Source of the DNA: an uncultured Candidatus Saccharibacteria bacterium
GTDB taxonomy: Bacteria; Patescibacteriota; WWE3; 2-01-FULL-39-13
Length of the DNA stretch: 64,000 nucleotides
Reading direction: 5' to 3'
Assembly: GCA_964370865.1 (NCBI GenBank)
Contig: CAYJKF010000003.1
Location: 86,359-150,358, forward strand
In this document: positions 28,625-39,647 of the stretch, in pieces
Numbering within the stretch: the first letter of the stretch is position 1
Layout: every line of letters begins with the position of its first letter
The notes under the pieces: generated by a model
Databases searched by the model: none
Seen by the model: only the letters and a program-made list of their open reading frames with translations
What the model was told of the DNA's origin: nothing
Position numbers and translations under genes: made by a program

Positions 28625-28686
28625 TACCTCTTTATAGCAAATACCCGACAGAATAACAATTTATATCTTAGATTTGTGAATAACAA

Positions 28687-28929
28687 CTACTGTCTAGAAG
28701 TTTGGACCCCAACACACATAGTCGAAGATCCTCCTGGCATCTGACTGGAAACAGAATCTAATGGATGATTAATCTCCCAACCAACACAATCACAGCGCTT
28801 TATAACACCAACAAAACCACCGTATTCAGAACACTTATTTAGGAAATTATAAGCGAGGAGTAAGATAATCAAAACACAAAAAGCAACACCAGTAGTTAGA
28901 AGGGTTTTGTTCATAAGAAAAGTATACAT
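28687..28929 (-). CDS. Small TM protein with Cys-rich C-terminus, hypothetical
   Basis: 80 aa with TM helix then CSEYGGFVGVIKRCDCVGW... Confidence 0.35.
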   Translation of the reverse strand: MYTFLMNKTLLTTGVAFCVLIILLLAYNFLNKCSEYGGFVGVIKRCDCVGWEINHPLDSVSSQMPGGSSTMCVGVQTSRQ

Positions 28930-28982
28930 CTGCCATTTTTAAATTGCAGGAAATTGGCAATGGGAGACTAAGAGTAGGTATA

Positions 28983-29058
28983 TTAAAGAATCTGGTGAGC
29001 CAGGAAGGATTTGAACCTTCGACACCCTGCTTAAAAGGCAGGTGCTCTAACCACTGAG
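28983..29058 (-). tRNA. tRNA-Lys (anticodon TTT), CCA encoded
   Basis: Reverse complement GGGCCAGTAGCTCAGTGGTTAGAGCACCTGCCTTTTAAGCAGGGTGTCGAAGGTTCAAATCCTTCCTGGCTCACCA. Confidence 0.9.
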
Positions 29059-29217
29059 CTACTGGCCCGAAAAAAGAACGCAATTGGGAAAAAGCGTTTG
29101 GTACTCGTATATTGTACAATAAGCACGTAACTAATGGGAAGAATATGAGTCAAAATGGCTCTAAAACATCCCTTCTAATTTGGAATAATATTTAACTCTT
29201 TGTAGGTTGACCCTTTT

Positions 29218-31143
29218 TTATTTCATCTTTACCGTTGAGACATAGAGCTCATGGGCATCATGTAACCCATATGGAGTTAATTTGCAAACTTCATGAGTTT
29301 TAGCTGGACCATTTCTTCCCACAATCATAAAATCAATCCAATTTACATTATGAATACAAAGTGATGGATTAATGCATGAAGTGTTAAAAACTTCATTTAC
29401 ACTTGGTGTAGCATTACATCTTCTATCAGTTCTTCCATCAGCTGAGTCTTTCCAAGCCCAGAAGTAGCCATTATCTAAATGTGCATTCATATCACCAGAT
29501 AGCATGAGAGATTCTCCAGACTTTACCATTGAGTTGATGTAGGGAAGGATTTCAGCCACATTAACACATATAGTATGATTACTACGTTGAACATGAGTAT
29601 TGAAGCCTCTAATCTTGCCGTAAGGAGTATCTATCAAAGCATAGCTTATATACCTTCCGCCAGAGATTGCTTTTGCCCCAGTTTCCAGGATTGGATATCT
29701 GGAGATGGTTATCATTGTTCCTGAAGTGCCTGAAGGACTAGTATAAAAGTATAACTTTTCCCGGGGAAATGCTTGTCGGAACATATCTGGAATGCTAGTT
29801 CGACTTGCTGGATCAGTTGGATTTAATTCTGACGTCCAAGCATAGACTTCTTGTAAAAACATAATATCTAATTGTCGTTCTTTAAATTTAGCAATTATAG
29901 TTGGAACTTTATTAAGATTTGAAATCGCTTTGTTTCTTTCTCTTAAGTTTGTATCTTCTTGATCTGTACCTTGTCCCCAATCACCGCGGTCACCCTCTCC
30001 TATATTCCAAGTACCAAAATTAAGCATATTTGCAGAAACATGTTTTTGTGTTGGAGTACAAGCCATATTAGTGCTGTAGGCAATTGGACCGGAAGTTGGC
30101 GTAACTTGTGTCCCAAGTTTAACAACACCAAGAGCATCTATATCGAACGCATCAGCAGCGTTATAGGTAGCATTTGTTGCACTCGATTTATCGGTAATCT
30201 TAACGTAACCTATCCATGGCCAACCTGTTGACGCGATATCTATCTTCTTGATTCCAGGTCCACCCTCGTGACTTGTACTTGAGGCAGTACCAACTACTTT
30301 CCAGTTTGATCTGTCTTGACTAACTTGAATTTGAGCTGTTTCAATATCTCGGGGCTCGGCTGTTCTATTCCCTAAAGTTGCTTCATATATAACTAAGTCG
30401 TGCCCGGTTACGTTTTGAACTACTTTTCCAAATGAATATACTGCACTACCTCCAAATCCAAGACTCAAAAAAGTACTAGTCTTATCATATGGTTCAAAGT
30501 TCGCGGCTCCCAATCCTAGCGATTGATTATTTCTATCTGGAGGTATCGATGTGCCACCTTTGGTTTTACCAAGAGAAGCACCTTGGTTATTTGTTGCCCA
30601 TGCAGTTATTCCAAGTGATGCGGGAGATCCCAGAGCCGAATATTCAATTAAAGCACCGCAGGCATTAGCTACATTATTAAACTTCACACAAATTTTCTTA
30701 TCCCCTGTTGCTGTGGATGGAATAGTTATTTTACTCGTGGTGGTATAACTTGAGGCTTTCCACTGACTGTACGGTTTAGTTTTGTAGTATTGATCACATA
30801 AAACACTGGCAGGTGCTTCTGTCCATGCGAAGGAGGATGCTCCAGTTTGCTTTAAATTCAGAGATACAGTCCTATTTGTCGTCACACAACTATTGGCTCT
30901 TGGCTTGGTGTTATACCCGGTCGAGGTACATCCATTTAAATTAACTGCTGTCCATGAAGCACATGTTCCAGCAGTTTGTGCATCACTCTCGCTTATTACT
31001 GGCTCAAATGCTACAAAATTCTGTCGTGTTTCTGGAGTTCCCAAAAAAGTGTTAACTGCAATTAAACCTATGAATAACGAAAACGCTATGAAGGTACCTG
31101 TCACGAAAATACTCTTCAGCTTATTGGCAGGTTTTGTTTTCAT
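29218..31143 (-). CDS. Secreted protein with C-terminal endonuclease/exonuclease/phosphatase (EEP, DNase I-like) domain and roughly 340-aa N-terminal beta-rich region
   Basis: Signal/TM anchor. EEP motifs TWNIGEG...DIMFLQEV...SGDMNAH. Confidence 0.65.
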   Translation of the reverse strand: MKTKPANKLKSIFVTGTFIAFSLFIGLIAVNTFLGTPETRQNFVAFEPVISESDAQTAGTCASWTAVNLNGCTSTGYNTKPRANSCVTTNRTVSLNLKQTGASSFAWTEAPASVLCDQYYKTKPYSQWKASSYTTTSKITIPSTATGDKKICVKFNNVANACGALIEYSALGSPASLGITAWATNNQGASLGKTKGGTSIPPDRNNQSLGLGAANFEPYDKTSTFLSLGFGGSAVYSFGKVVQNVTGHDLVIYEATLGNRTAEPRDIETAQIQVSQDRSNWKVVGTASSTSHEGGPGIKKIDIASTGWPWIGYVKITDKSSATNATYNAADAFDIDALGVVKLGTQVTPTSGPIAYSTNMACTPTQKHVSANMLNFGTWNIGEGDRGDWGQGTDQEDTNLRERNKAISNLNKVPTIIAKFKERQLDIMFLQEVYAWTSELNPTDPASRTSIPDMFRQAFPREKLYFYTSPSGTSGTMITISRYPILETGAKAISGGRYISYALIDTPYGKIRGFNTHVQRSNHTICVNVAEILPYINSMVKSGESLMLSGDMNAHLDNGYFWAWKDSADGRTDRRCNATPSVNEVFNTSCINPSLCIHNVNWIDFMIVGRNGPAKTHEVCKLTPYGLHDAHELYVSTVKMK

Positions 31144-31199
31144 ATATATATAATATGATTATTCATTTCTTACGAAAACACAAGTAGCATAAATACAAT

Positions 31200-31961
31200 T
31201 TAAATATCACCTAGCTCCACTGAGCCTATCTTTGTTCTTTTTATATTTAAGCAGGTTGCGTATGTGCCCAAATATTCACCAATCTTATCTACTATAGCTC
31301 TTATATAAGTACCTTTTGAAACGTGAGCTCTCATTTTTAAAACAACAAATCCCTGCTGTTTTGTGTCCTTAAAGAATTGATTCCATGCTTCTCGAACAAT
31401 TTCGTTACGAAAACCTGATTTAATAGTCTCTAAAATACTATTTACCTTATTTTGCAAATCCTGTTTAGATAAAATGTCATTATTAAGTAATTCGATATTA
31501 AATATCTCAATCTCATTTGTCGGAATTTCAACTTGATCAATCTGTCCTGACAAATACCACCTGTATAAAGGTTTTCCGCGAATTTTTACAGCACTGAAAG
31601 GCGGGACTTTTTGAGAAACTACACCGTCAAACTTAACCAGTATTTCTTCGATGTCCAAAGGGGATACGATCTTTGACCCGAGCGGACCCGATTTGAGGGG
31701 CAAGCCTAAAATATCATAAGTATCTGTACTTACGCCTAGAAAAAACTCGAATTCATATACCTTATCTTTTCCCATAAATTCTGATTGGCGTTTACAAGCC
31801 TCTCGACCTACAAGGCATATAAGCAACCCTTCAGCTAAAGGGTCCAGAGTACCGGCATGTCCAATCTTTTCTCCTGGATATTTTTTCTTCAAATCACGAA
31901 TTACGTCATAACTTGTGATTCCAACTGGTTTATTTATCATTAAAACTCCGCCATTTTCCAT
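31200..31961 (-). CDS. truB: tRNA pseudouridine(55) synthase
   Basis: GITSYDVIRDLKKK...GHAGTLDPLAEGLLICLVG catalytic Asp motif. The start may be the internal Met at 31940. Confidence 0.85.
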   Translation of the reverse strand: MENGGVLMINKPVGITSYDVIRDLKKKYPGEKIGHAGTLDPLAEGLLICLVGREACKRQSEFMGKDKVYEFEFFLGVSTDTYDILGLPLKSGPLGSKIVSPLDIEEILVKFDGVVSQKVPPFSAVKIRGKPLYRWYLSGQIDQVEIPTNEIEIFNIELLNNDILSKQDLQNKVNSILETIKSGFRNEIVREAWNQFFKDTKQQGFVVLKMRAHVSKGTYIRAIVDKIGEYLGTYATCLNIKRTKIGSVELGDI

Positions 31962-32009
31962 CTAACAATTATATAGTAATTAAGCAAGGCCGTCGTGATA
32001 AAATAATTT

Positions 32010-33359
32010 ATGAATCCTTCGATTTTCAAAGCCTATGATATTAGAGGCAAGTACCCAGATGAGATAGATGAAAAAACTGTATATCAAGTTGCAAGGCACT
32101 TTGTTGAAATGATGCAAGTCAAAGAAGTTGTAGTTGCATATGACGCGAGGGTTTCAGCACCTTCATTATTACCACATTTATATCAAGGGATAGCAGATGG
32201 TGGTGCAAAAATAATTGAACTAGGAATGACTGGCACAGAAGTTTTCTATTTTGCTGTCGCGCATTTTAAATACAAAGCAGGAATAATGTTAACCGCCTCA
32301 CACAACCCAAAAATTTATAATGGTTTAAAACTAGTAGGAGAAAACGCCGAAGCCTTAAGTGAAGTAGGAAGACTAACTGAATTAAGAGATAGAGTCTTAA
32401 ATTCAACATTCGAAAGAATTAATAGCGAAATTACTAAAGAAACAATTAACGCATACCCCGAATTCAGAAATAGAATATTTAGTCTAGTTAATTTCGACTC
32501 TCAAAGAAAACTTAAAATAGTCGTTGATCCAGGAAACGGCGTAGGAGGATTAGTATTCGATAAAATATTTGGCGATAATAAAAACCTAGAGATACACAGA
32601 ATGTATTACGAGCCAGATGGAAATTTTCCAAATCACGAATCAAATCCAACTAAAATCGAAAACGTACATGACCTAATTAGTAAAGTAAAAGAGTTAAACG
32701 CTGATTTAGGGATAGCTCTGGATGGTGATGCTGATCGTGTATTTTTTATTGATGAAAAGGGAGGATACTCACTCGGGTATTTTATTACTGCATTAATTGC
32801 TGAAAGAGTACTCGAAAAATATCCTAAAGCAAACATTGTTCACGAGGCAAGATACGACTGGGCTATTATAGATACTATCAAAGAAGTTGGAGGGACAGGT
32901 CTTGTTTCCAAATCAGGATATCCATTTATTAAAGCACTAATGAGAAAGACAAATGCAGTATTCGGAGGTGAAACGAGTGCACATTACTATTATCGAGATA
33001 CTTATAATAGTGATAGTCCAACGCTAACAATCGCCTTAATCTTGGAATTAATGTTACATTCAGGTAAGTCGTTTTCAGAAATACTTAAAAAGTATGAAGA
33101 TAACTATTTTATAAGTGGAGAAATAAACTTAACAGTAGAAAATGCCGACGTAGCTATGGAAAGAGTTAAAACTAAATATTCCGAAATGGAAGGGGTAACA
33201 CTAAGTGAACTAGACGGCGTGCTTTTCGAAAAAGGAAGAGAATGGCATATAAGCGTTCGAAAATCCAACACTGAACCACTTATCCGTTTAAATGTTGAGG
33301 CAAATTCTCCTAAAGAAGTACAAAGAGTATTAAGTGAAGTTCAAGGATTAATATACTAA
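32010..33359 (+). CDS. Phosphomannomutase/phosphoglucomutase (alpha-D-phosphohexomutase)
   Basis: Active-site TASHNP. Metal-binding DGDADR. Sugar-binding GGETSAH. Confidence 0.85.
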   Translation: MNPSIFKAYDIRGKYPDEIDEKTVYQVARHFVEMMQVKEVVVAYDARVSAPSLLPHLYQGIADGGAKIIELGMTGTEVFYFAVAHFKYKAGIMLTASHNPKIYNGLKLVGENAEALSEVGRLTELRDRVLNSTFERINSEITKETINAYPEFRNRIFSLVNFDSQRKLKIVVDPGNGVGGLVFDKIFGDNKNLEIHRMYYEPDGNFPNHESNPTKIENVHDLISKVKELNADLGIALDGDADRVFFIDEKGGYSLGYFITALIAERVLEKYPKANIVHEARYDWAIIDTIKEVGGTGLVSKSGYPFIKALMRKTNAVFGGETSAHYYYRDTYNSDSPTLTIALILELMLHSGKSFSEILKKYEDNYFISGEINLTVENADVAMERVKTKYSEMEGVTLSELDGVLFEKGREWHISVRKSNTEPLIRLNVEANSPKEVQRVLSEVQGLIY

Positions 33360-33763
33360 TGGAAAACATCTTATATATCACTGCAATTTTAATTCTGTTA
33401 TTAGCTCTAATTTATTTAACACTTAAAGGAACCGGTAAGAAAAAGGATCCTGTATTAAAACAGCATTATGCGAAGGTAATTAGTGAAACGGTTCTTACTG
33501 ATTTTAATAGTGTAAAAAACGGCCTTTTCGAACTCGACAAACTCGTAGATCGATATTTAAAAAACTCGAAAATTAAAGGCGAAACGATGGGTGAAAGACT
33601 TAAATCCGCCTCCAAACTCTTTCAAAAAGATGAATACAATAAAATATGGGAAGCTCATAAAATCAGAAATACTCTAGCTCATGAAGTACAACACAATATC
33701 GATCTAAAAACCCTACAAAATGCATACAATAATATGCGCAAAATTATTTCTAATTATATTTAG
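33359..33763 (+). CDS. Hypothetical membrane-anchored protein
   Basis: N-terminal TM. No recognisable domain. Confidence 0.4.
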   Translation: MENILYITAILILLLALIYLTLKGTGKKKDPVLKQHYAKVISETVLTDFNSVKNGLFELDKLVDRYLKNSKIKGETMGERLKSASKLFQKDEYNKIWEAHKIRNTLAHEVQHNIDLKTLQNAYNNMRKIISNYI

Positions 33764-34482
33764 AGTTTATACATTAGGGTCTCTTCACTGTATTCAGCCT
33801 GACCATTTATGGACGGTAACCATTGATCCGGCTCTGAAACGTAATAGTGTTTTACCGTAACCGTATTTATCCCTACATTTTCTATACTATAGGTATTTAA
33901 ACTATCAGATTTAAATATTGTTTTCGATAGCGAGTTTTTTAAATCCATAACAACAATATCCACATATTCATATGGGTAATCCGACGTTATAATTCCATTT
34001 AAATCCTCGAATACAAAATACTCATCTGTCAGAAAAACTCTTCCGCCTGTAAAATTAGGCGTCATTAATTCACCATTATTTAATGAAATCAAAAAAGTGC
34101 TTCGAAATATATAGCTACCTGAGGATAAAACAATATACTCACGATTGGGACTAATATAAGTAATTACTGATGCCCAAAGTTGAAGTGGTTCCTTAACCAA
34201 GACTTTCTTGTTAGAAGTAGTATCAATTATTGAAATCATAACACTCTGATCTTCTAGTACTTCTTCGACTACTATCTCAATTCCATTCATTTCTTCAAAA
34301 GTTATCTGATTTGGCAAATCATACTTAACACTAGGCGAGCTTGTAGGAATTCCAGCAGGCTTATTATTGTAAGGTTCCAATGAATTACGACTATTCCACC
34401 ATATTAATAAATAGATGTTTGTTAAAATCAGTATGACTATTAGTAAGAGGAAAAATGAATTAGTATGATTAGATACTCGCAT
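33760..34482 (-). CDS. Hypothetical membrane-anchored protein
   Basis: N-terminal TM, beta-rich. Confidence 0.4.
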   Translation of the reverse strand: MRVSNHTNSFFLLLIVILILTNIYLLIWWNSRNSLEPYNNKPAGIPTSSPSVKYDLPNQITFEEMNGIEIVVEEVLEDQSVMISIIDTTSNKKVLVKEPLQLWASVITYISPNREYIVLSSGSYIFRSTFLISLNNGELMTPNFTGGRVFLTDEYFVFEDLNGIITSDYPYEYVDIVVMDLKNSLSKTIFKSDSLNTYSIENVGINTVTVKHYYVSEPDQWLPSINGQAEYSEETLMYKL

Positions 34483-34565
34483 TAATATAATTGTAGCAAA
34501 ACGGTCATTCTACAAGTTTCAAATCCTTCCCAAACTCATTTAAAGAGTGGTAGTATTAACTTACT

Positions 34566-36854
34566 ATGCCCAATTCCAATAAATCTGAAAGTTTAATTCT
34601 TCCATTCTCACAATTAGGAAAAGCCGACATTCCAATCGCCGGTGGAAAAGGCGCAAATCTAGGAGAAATGTTTAATAGTGGAATCCCTGTCCCTGATGGG
34701 TTTGTAGTCACCTCGAACGCATATTATCGCTTTATAAAAGAAAACGGCCTGATGGAAATGATTAAGAAAAAGCTGACAGGCATAGATATTGAAAATTCCA
34801 AGCTATTACAGTCCACAGCATCAGAAATACAAAAAATCATAAAAGAGACACCAATGTCTGAATCTACAATTCATGAGATAAAATCAGCATATCATTTCTT
34901 GTGTGGCAATTCTGACAAACAAGTTGCGGTTAGATCATCAGCAACAGCCGAGGATTTACCAGATGCAAGTTTTGCAGGGCAGCAAGAGACTTACCTAAAT
35001 ATTATTGGATGGCAAAATGTCGCTCATGCAACTCAAAACTGCTGGGCTTCATTATTTGGTGCAAGAGCAATCTACTACAGAAGTAGACAAGGATTTGATC
35101 ATTTTAAAGTAGGCATCGCTGTACCAATTCAACTTATGATTCAAAGTGAAGTCTCTGGAATTATGTTCACTGTAAACCCACTTACAAATAATAAGGATGA
35201 AATATCAGTAGAAGCAGCATATGGACTTGGAGAAACCGTAGTTTCAGGAACAATTACGCCGGATCAATACATTTTGGATAAAAAAGGCCTAAATATTAAG
35301 AAAAAACACATCATTAAGCAAACCTGGCAATTAACGAAACAAGGAAGAGTTGCAATTTCACGCGATTATCAAGACGTCCAAAAACTAGAAGATAAATTAG
35401 TTACCGAGCTTGCAACAATCGGCTTGAAACTCGAACAACATTATAAACATCCACAGGATATTGAATGGGGAATGTATAAAAACAAAATTTATATCGTTCA
35501 AACCAGGCCAATTACGACGTTATCAAAAAATGCAGACGCAGCAGAAGAACAAAACTTAAAAGTAAATATTCCACAAAAAGATATTCTATTAGATGGAAAC
35601 CCCGCTTCACCAGGATACGCAACTGGTAAAGTTAGAATTATCCACTCTGCAAGCGAAATTAATTTAGTAAAACAAGGAGAAATCTTAGTTACGGAAATGA
35701 CTAATCCTGATTTTGTACCTGCAATGAGAAAAGCAGGAGCTATTGTAACAGATGAAGGCGGAGCAACCTCCCACGCAGCAATTGTATCTAGGGAACTTGG
35801 TATACCAGCAATTGTTGGAACTGAAGTAGCCACTAAAATGCTAAAAACTGGCGAGCAGGTAACAGTCAATGGATACCAAGGAAAGGTATACGCAGGAGAT
35901 TATCTTGCAGAATTAAAAGCCTTAGAACCAGAAAAAGATTACTCAGAATATAAAAACGCAAAAACAGCCACTAAAGTTTATGTAAATCTTGGAGAACCCG
36001 AACTTGCACCAAAAGTTGCCGCTATGGGTGTCGATGGAGTTGGACTGCTAAGAGCAGAATTTATGATGGCAGAAATCGGAAAACATCCAAGACAATTTAT
36101 AGAAGAAGGAAAACAAGAAGAATTTATAAATAAACTAGTTGAAGGTTTAACCGTATTTGCTAAAGCGTTCACTCCAAGGCCAATAATCTATAGAGCAAAC
36201 GATTTCAAAACAAATGAATACAGAGCGCTAAAAGGTGGAGATAAATTTGAGCAAGAAGAACAAAATCCATTAATTGGATATAGAGGAGTTTCAAGATATC
36301 TCGATAATGAAGAAGTATTTGCAATGGAAATTGAAGCAATCAAACGCGTTAGAAATAAATTAGGATATAAAAACTTACAGCTAATGCTACCTTTTGTAAG
36401 AACTGTCGAGCAATTCATAAAGTGTAAGAAAATCTTGTCAGCCCACGGATTAACACGAAAGGGTAGTTTCGAACTTTATATGATGGTAGAAATTCCTTCA
36501 AATGTGATTATGTTAGATGAATTTATCGATGCAGGTTTAGACGGACTCTCAATAGGCTCAAATGATTTAACTATGTTAATTCTAGGATTAGATAGAGACA
36601 ACCCAAAAATTGCTGATGTATATGACGAAAGAAATCCTGCCGTACTTTGGGCACTAGAAAAGATTATTACTACAGCTAAAAAAAGAGGCGTAAAAGTCTC
36701 CATTTGCGGACAAGCTCCAACTAGATATCCTGAGTTAACAAGAAAATTAGTTGAATGGGGGACTACATCCGTTTCCGTTTCACCAGATGTGGCATATCTT
36801 ACACGTAAAATAGTTGCGGAATCCGAGTTAGAACTCGTTCGCAAAAAGAAATAA
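34566..36854 (+). CDS. ppsA: Phosphoenolpyruvate synthase (pyruvate, water dikinase)
   Basis: N-terminal ATP-grasp. Phosphohistidine domain GGATSHAAIVSRELGIPAIVG. C-terminal PEP-utilising TIM barrel. Extended -10 TGGTAGTAT 9 nt upstream. Confidence 0.85.
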   Translation: MPNSNKSESLILPFSQLGKADIPIAGGKGANLGEMFNSGIPVPDGFVVTSNAYYRFIKENGLMEMIKKKLTGIDIENSKLLQSTASEIQKIIKETPMSESTIHEIKSAYHFLCGNSDKQVAVRSSATAEDLPDASFAGQQETYLNIIGWQNVAHATQNCWASLFGARAIYYRSRQGFDHFKVGIAVPIQLMIQSEVSGIMFTVNPLTNNKDEISVEAAYGLGETVVSGTITPDQYILDKKGLNIKKKHIIKQTWQLTKQGRVAISRDYQDVQKLEDKLVTELATIGLKLEQHYKHPQDIEWGMYKNKIYIVQTRPITTLSKNADAAEEQNLKVNIPQKDILLDGNPASPGYATGKVRIIHSASEINLVKQGEILVTEMTNPDFVPAMRKAGAIVTDEGGATSHAAIVSRELGIPAIVGTEVATKMLKTGEQVTVNGYQGKVYAGDYLAELKALEPEKDYSEYKNAKTATKVYVNLGEPELAPKVAAMGVDGVGLLRAEFMMAEIGKHPRQFIEEGKQEEFINKLVEGLTVFAKAFTPRPIIYRANDFKTNEYRALKGGDKFEQEEQNPLIGYRGVSRYLDNEEVFAMEIEAIKRVRNKLGYKNLQLMLPFVRTVEQFIKCKKILSAHGLTRKGSFELYMMVEIPSNVIMLDEFIDAGLDGLSIGSNDLTMLILGLDRDNPKIADVYDERNPAVLWALEKIITTAKKRGVKVSICGQAPTRYPELTRKLVEWGTTSVSVSPDVAYLTRKIVAESELELVRKKK

Positions 36855-36860
36855 TCCAAA

Positions 36861-37991
36861 ATGCAAATCAGAAACATTTACGGTCGTAAGATCTTAAACT
36901 CAGTTGGCGAATGGACTATTGAGGTTGAGATAGAACTTGATGAAGGAACGGTAGCAAGGGCATCTGTACCAGGTGGATTTTCAAGAGGCACAAGTGAAGT
37001 AGATACAATTGAAGCCGAAGCGGCATTATTCATAATCGAAGAAATTAAGGATGAATTAATTGGCAGAGAGTTTAAATCTACCTTCGAATTCGATATTAAA
37101 TTGCTTCAAATGGATAATTCAGAAAATAAATCTAAACTTGGTGGTAATACATTAATTGGACTTTCGGTAGCATTTACCAAAGCCATAGCAATGACTCAAA
37201 AACATGAAACCTATGAGTATATTCATAAACTGTTAAATCCTGAAATTCCGCTTGAAGTAATTAATTTTAAAATGCCAAAATACATGATGCTTATGCTCGA
37301 AGGTGGATCCCATGGCTCAAGCGACGCAACAATACAAGAATTTATGGCTATAGTTGATGAAATCCCAAGAGGAGTGGAAATATACAACGCTATAAAAAAG
37401 GAACTACATGATTTGGGCAAATCTACCAATGTTGGAGCAGAGGGAGCATTTTCACCTGAGGGTTTTGATAACAGAATGTCATTAGAAGTAATGACTAAAT
37501 TTCTAAGAGATGAAGAGATAGCGCTAGATGCAGCTGCCAGTTCAATATCTAAAGGGGACCTACCTAATTACGAAGAATTGCTCACAGATTTTCCGATTAG
37601 TTCAATCGAAGATCCACTTGGTGAAAACGACTGGGCTAATTGGGAATTTTTCGCATCAAAACACCTAAATAAAATTCAAATAGTAACAGACGATCTTACG
37701 ACAACAAATCCAAAACTATTATCACAAGCTATTAAGCGTAATGTCGGGAATGCAATAATAATTAAACCAAATCAAATCGGTACAATATATGAAACACTAA
37801 AAGTTGTAAAAATGGCCAAAGACGCAGGTTGGAAAGTCATTGTTTCTCATAGAGGAACTGACACAAATGATGATTTTATTTCTGATTTAGCAGTTGGTAT
37901 TCAAAGTGATTATGTAAAATTTGGCTCTCCAGCAAGGGGTGAACGCGTTGCCAAATATAATAGACTATTAGAAATTGCTGAATTAATATAA
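36861..37991 (+). CDS. eno: Enolase (short form)
   Basis: N-terminus IRNIYGRKILNSVGEWTIEVEI...ASVPGG. C-terminal SHRGTDTNDDFISDLAVG (compare SHRSGETED.FIADLAV). Confidence 0.75.
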   Translation: MQIRNIYGRKILNSVGEWTIEVEIELDEGTVARASVPGGFSRGTSEVDTIEAEAALFIIEEIKDELIGREFKSTFEFDIKLLQMDNSENKSKLGGNTLIGLSVAFTKAIAMTQKHETYEYIHKLLNPEIPLEVINFKMPKYMMLMLEGGSHGSSDATIQEFMAIVDEIPRGVEIYNAIKKELHDLGKSTNVGAEGAFSPEGFDNRMSLEVMTKFLRDEEIALDAAASSISKGDLPNYEELLTDFPISSIEDPLGENDWANWEFFASKHLNKIQIVTDDLTTTNPKLLSQAIKRNVGNAIIIKPNQIGTIYETLKVVKMAKDAGWKVIVSHRGTDTNDDFISDLAVGIQSDYVKFGSPARGERVAKYNRLLEIAELI

Positions 37992-38005
37992 ATATTCCTA
38001 TTTAA

Positions 38006-39598
38006 TTACTGAATTCCTAAAAGATTTAAGTCTTCTGTAGACATGGCTGTATCTGGTAATGCATGTCGTATTGATGCTTGTTCAAATCCAAATGATCCTT
38101 CGTCTATACCATTCTCATCTTCTAGGATTACAGGAGGCGGTGCCATCAAATTAGTCACATGATTTATCACAGATGTATAATATTCCTCAAATGTTACAGT
38201 CTCTTTCGGAACAATAACTGACACAGAATCGTCAAGTGGATCTATTCGTACTTCATATACTAAATTTATATCATTCATACTTTGTCCCTGAGCCTGTATA
38301 AGCTGTTCTCGGGTTTGAGCTAACGCTGGCGTAGCGGTTCCCAAAACATTTGTGTAGTTTGCGGGCGACATACTTGATGAGAAAGTAGAGGTACTTGAAT
38401 ACTTCCTTATTTTATAAGTACTCATTTCAACCCATAAGTCTATCTTTACATTTTTCATTATAACTGGTGAGGTATTTTGCATCGCAGGATTAACTTCTTG
38501 ACCATCTGCTGAAGAAGCGGAATATGACACATTTGACAGCTTAGTAATTAATTCCGCCACCTGACCATCAGTTGGGTAGTAGGATAATTTATACACCTTA
38601 ACACCATCAAGTTCTTCCTTTGTTGAAGTCACAAATGGGATAACATCATCTCGAAAAATATCTAATACCTTTTCGTTATCACCCATTAATGCTGACTGTG
38701 ATTCACTATTTTCTCCAAATACCTGATTGATTGCATTATCTACTTCGGTACTATCAACTTTAACCCACCTATTAAAAATTGGGTTATTTGAACCCCAGGT
38801 GTTAGGTAAATTAGGCATTATTTTATCGAGAGTTATAGCATTTAAAATATTAAAATATAAAGTTTTATCAAAATGATGAACTTGAACTTCAAGAAGTTCT
38901 CCCACTGCGATTTTAAACGCGAAGTTATTCATACCATTCTCTCTGATTAGTGGTCCCTCTACGGTTAAACTCATTTTGTCAGAACCAAATAGTTCCTTAA
39001 GTGTTGGGTCATCTGTCTGTGAACTAAAAGAACCACTTATATATGACCTATCAAATATCTTTGTTGACGCCATATTATATAAAACCATTCTTGATGATTT
39101 AGGCATAAAAGAAATTTTATTTACTGCACTAACTGCCATATCTCGGTATTTGGCTGGTAAAGGCAGTACTTCATATGCGGCGGCAGCAAAGCCTCCAGCA
39201 GCAAGAAATACTAAAAGTAGTGGAACTAATATTAGTGAGTAAATTAACATTTTCGATACACCAGCTTTTTTATCGGAATTATTTTTTACGTTAGCCACTG
39301 AATGTTTATCGTTGCTATTATTTGGGGCAATTCCTGTGATTGTACTAGAATTTCCTTCTTCTGAGGGAAGGTTAGAAGCTGATTCTGCCGTAGGAATGGA
39401 CGGAGTTGGAGCGTCTGGAGTTTTGTTACCCAAATCCAAATCATCCCGCTTTGTTGATGAAGTAGGAACAGTAGGTTCAGAATAAGGATCAACTGGCTGC
39501 GTTGGATAATTTGAAGCTGTAGGCGTATCATTTGCGCCTCCCATTACAGGTTGAAAATTATCTGGAGGATTTTGATTCTGTGGCAGGTTCTGATCCAT
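38006..39598 (-). CDS. Hypothetical membrane-anchored protein with Pro/Thr/Asn-rich low-complexity N-terminus
   Basis: TM at about aa 120-145. No recognisable domain. Confidence 0.45.
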   Translation of the reverse strand: MDQNLPQNQNPPDNFQPVMGGANDTPTASNYPTQPVDPYSEPTVPTSSTKRDDLDLGNKTPDAPTPSIPTAESASNLPSEEGNSSTITGIAPNNSNDKHSVANVKNNSDKKAGVSKMLIYSLILVPLLLVFLAAGGFAAAAYEVLPLPAKYRDMAVSAVNKISFMPKSSRMVLYNMASTKIFDRSYISGSFSSQTDDPTLKELFGSDKMSLTVEGPLIRENGMNNFAFKIAVGELLEVQVHHFDKTLYFNILNAITLDKIMPNLPNTWGSNNPIFNRWVKVDSTEVDNAINQVFGENSESQSALMGDNEKVLDIFRDDVIPFVTSTKEELDGVKVYKLSYYPTDGQVAELITKLSNVSYSASSADGQEVNPAMQNTSPVIMKNVKIDLWVEMSTYKIRKYSSTSTFSSSMSPANYTNVLGTATPALAQTREQLIQAQGQSMNDINLVYEVRIDPLDDSVSVIVPKETVTFEEYYTSVINHVTNLMAPPPVILEDENGIDEGSFGFEQASIRHALPDTAMSTEDLNLLGIQ

Positions 39599-39647
39599 AT
39601 GAAAAATTCTACCATAGCAAAAGTCGTGCTACTAGCTTTAGTAAATC

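Noticed and set aside
28847-29119. 90-aa minus-strand ORF
   Set aside because: It overlaps the well-folded tRNA-Lys gene (28983-29058). It is spurious.
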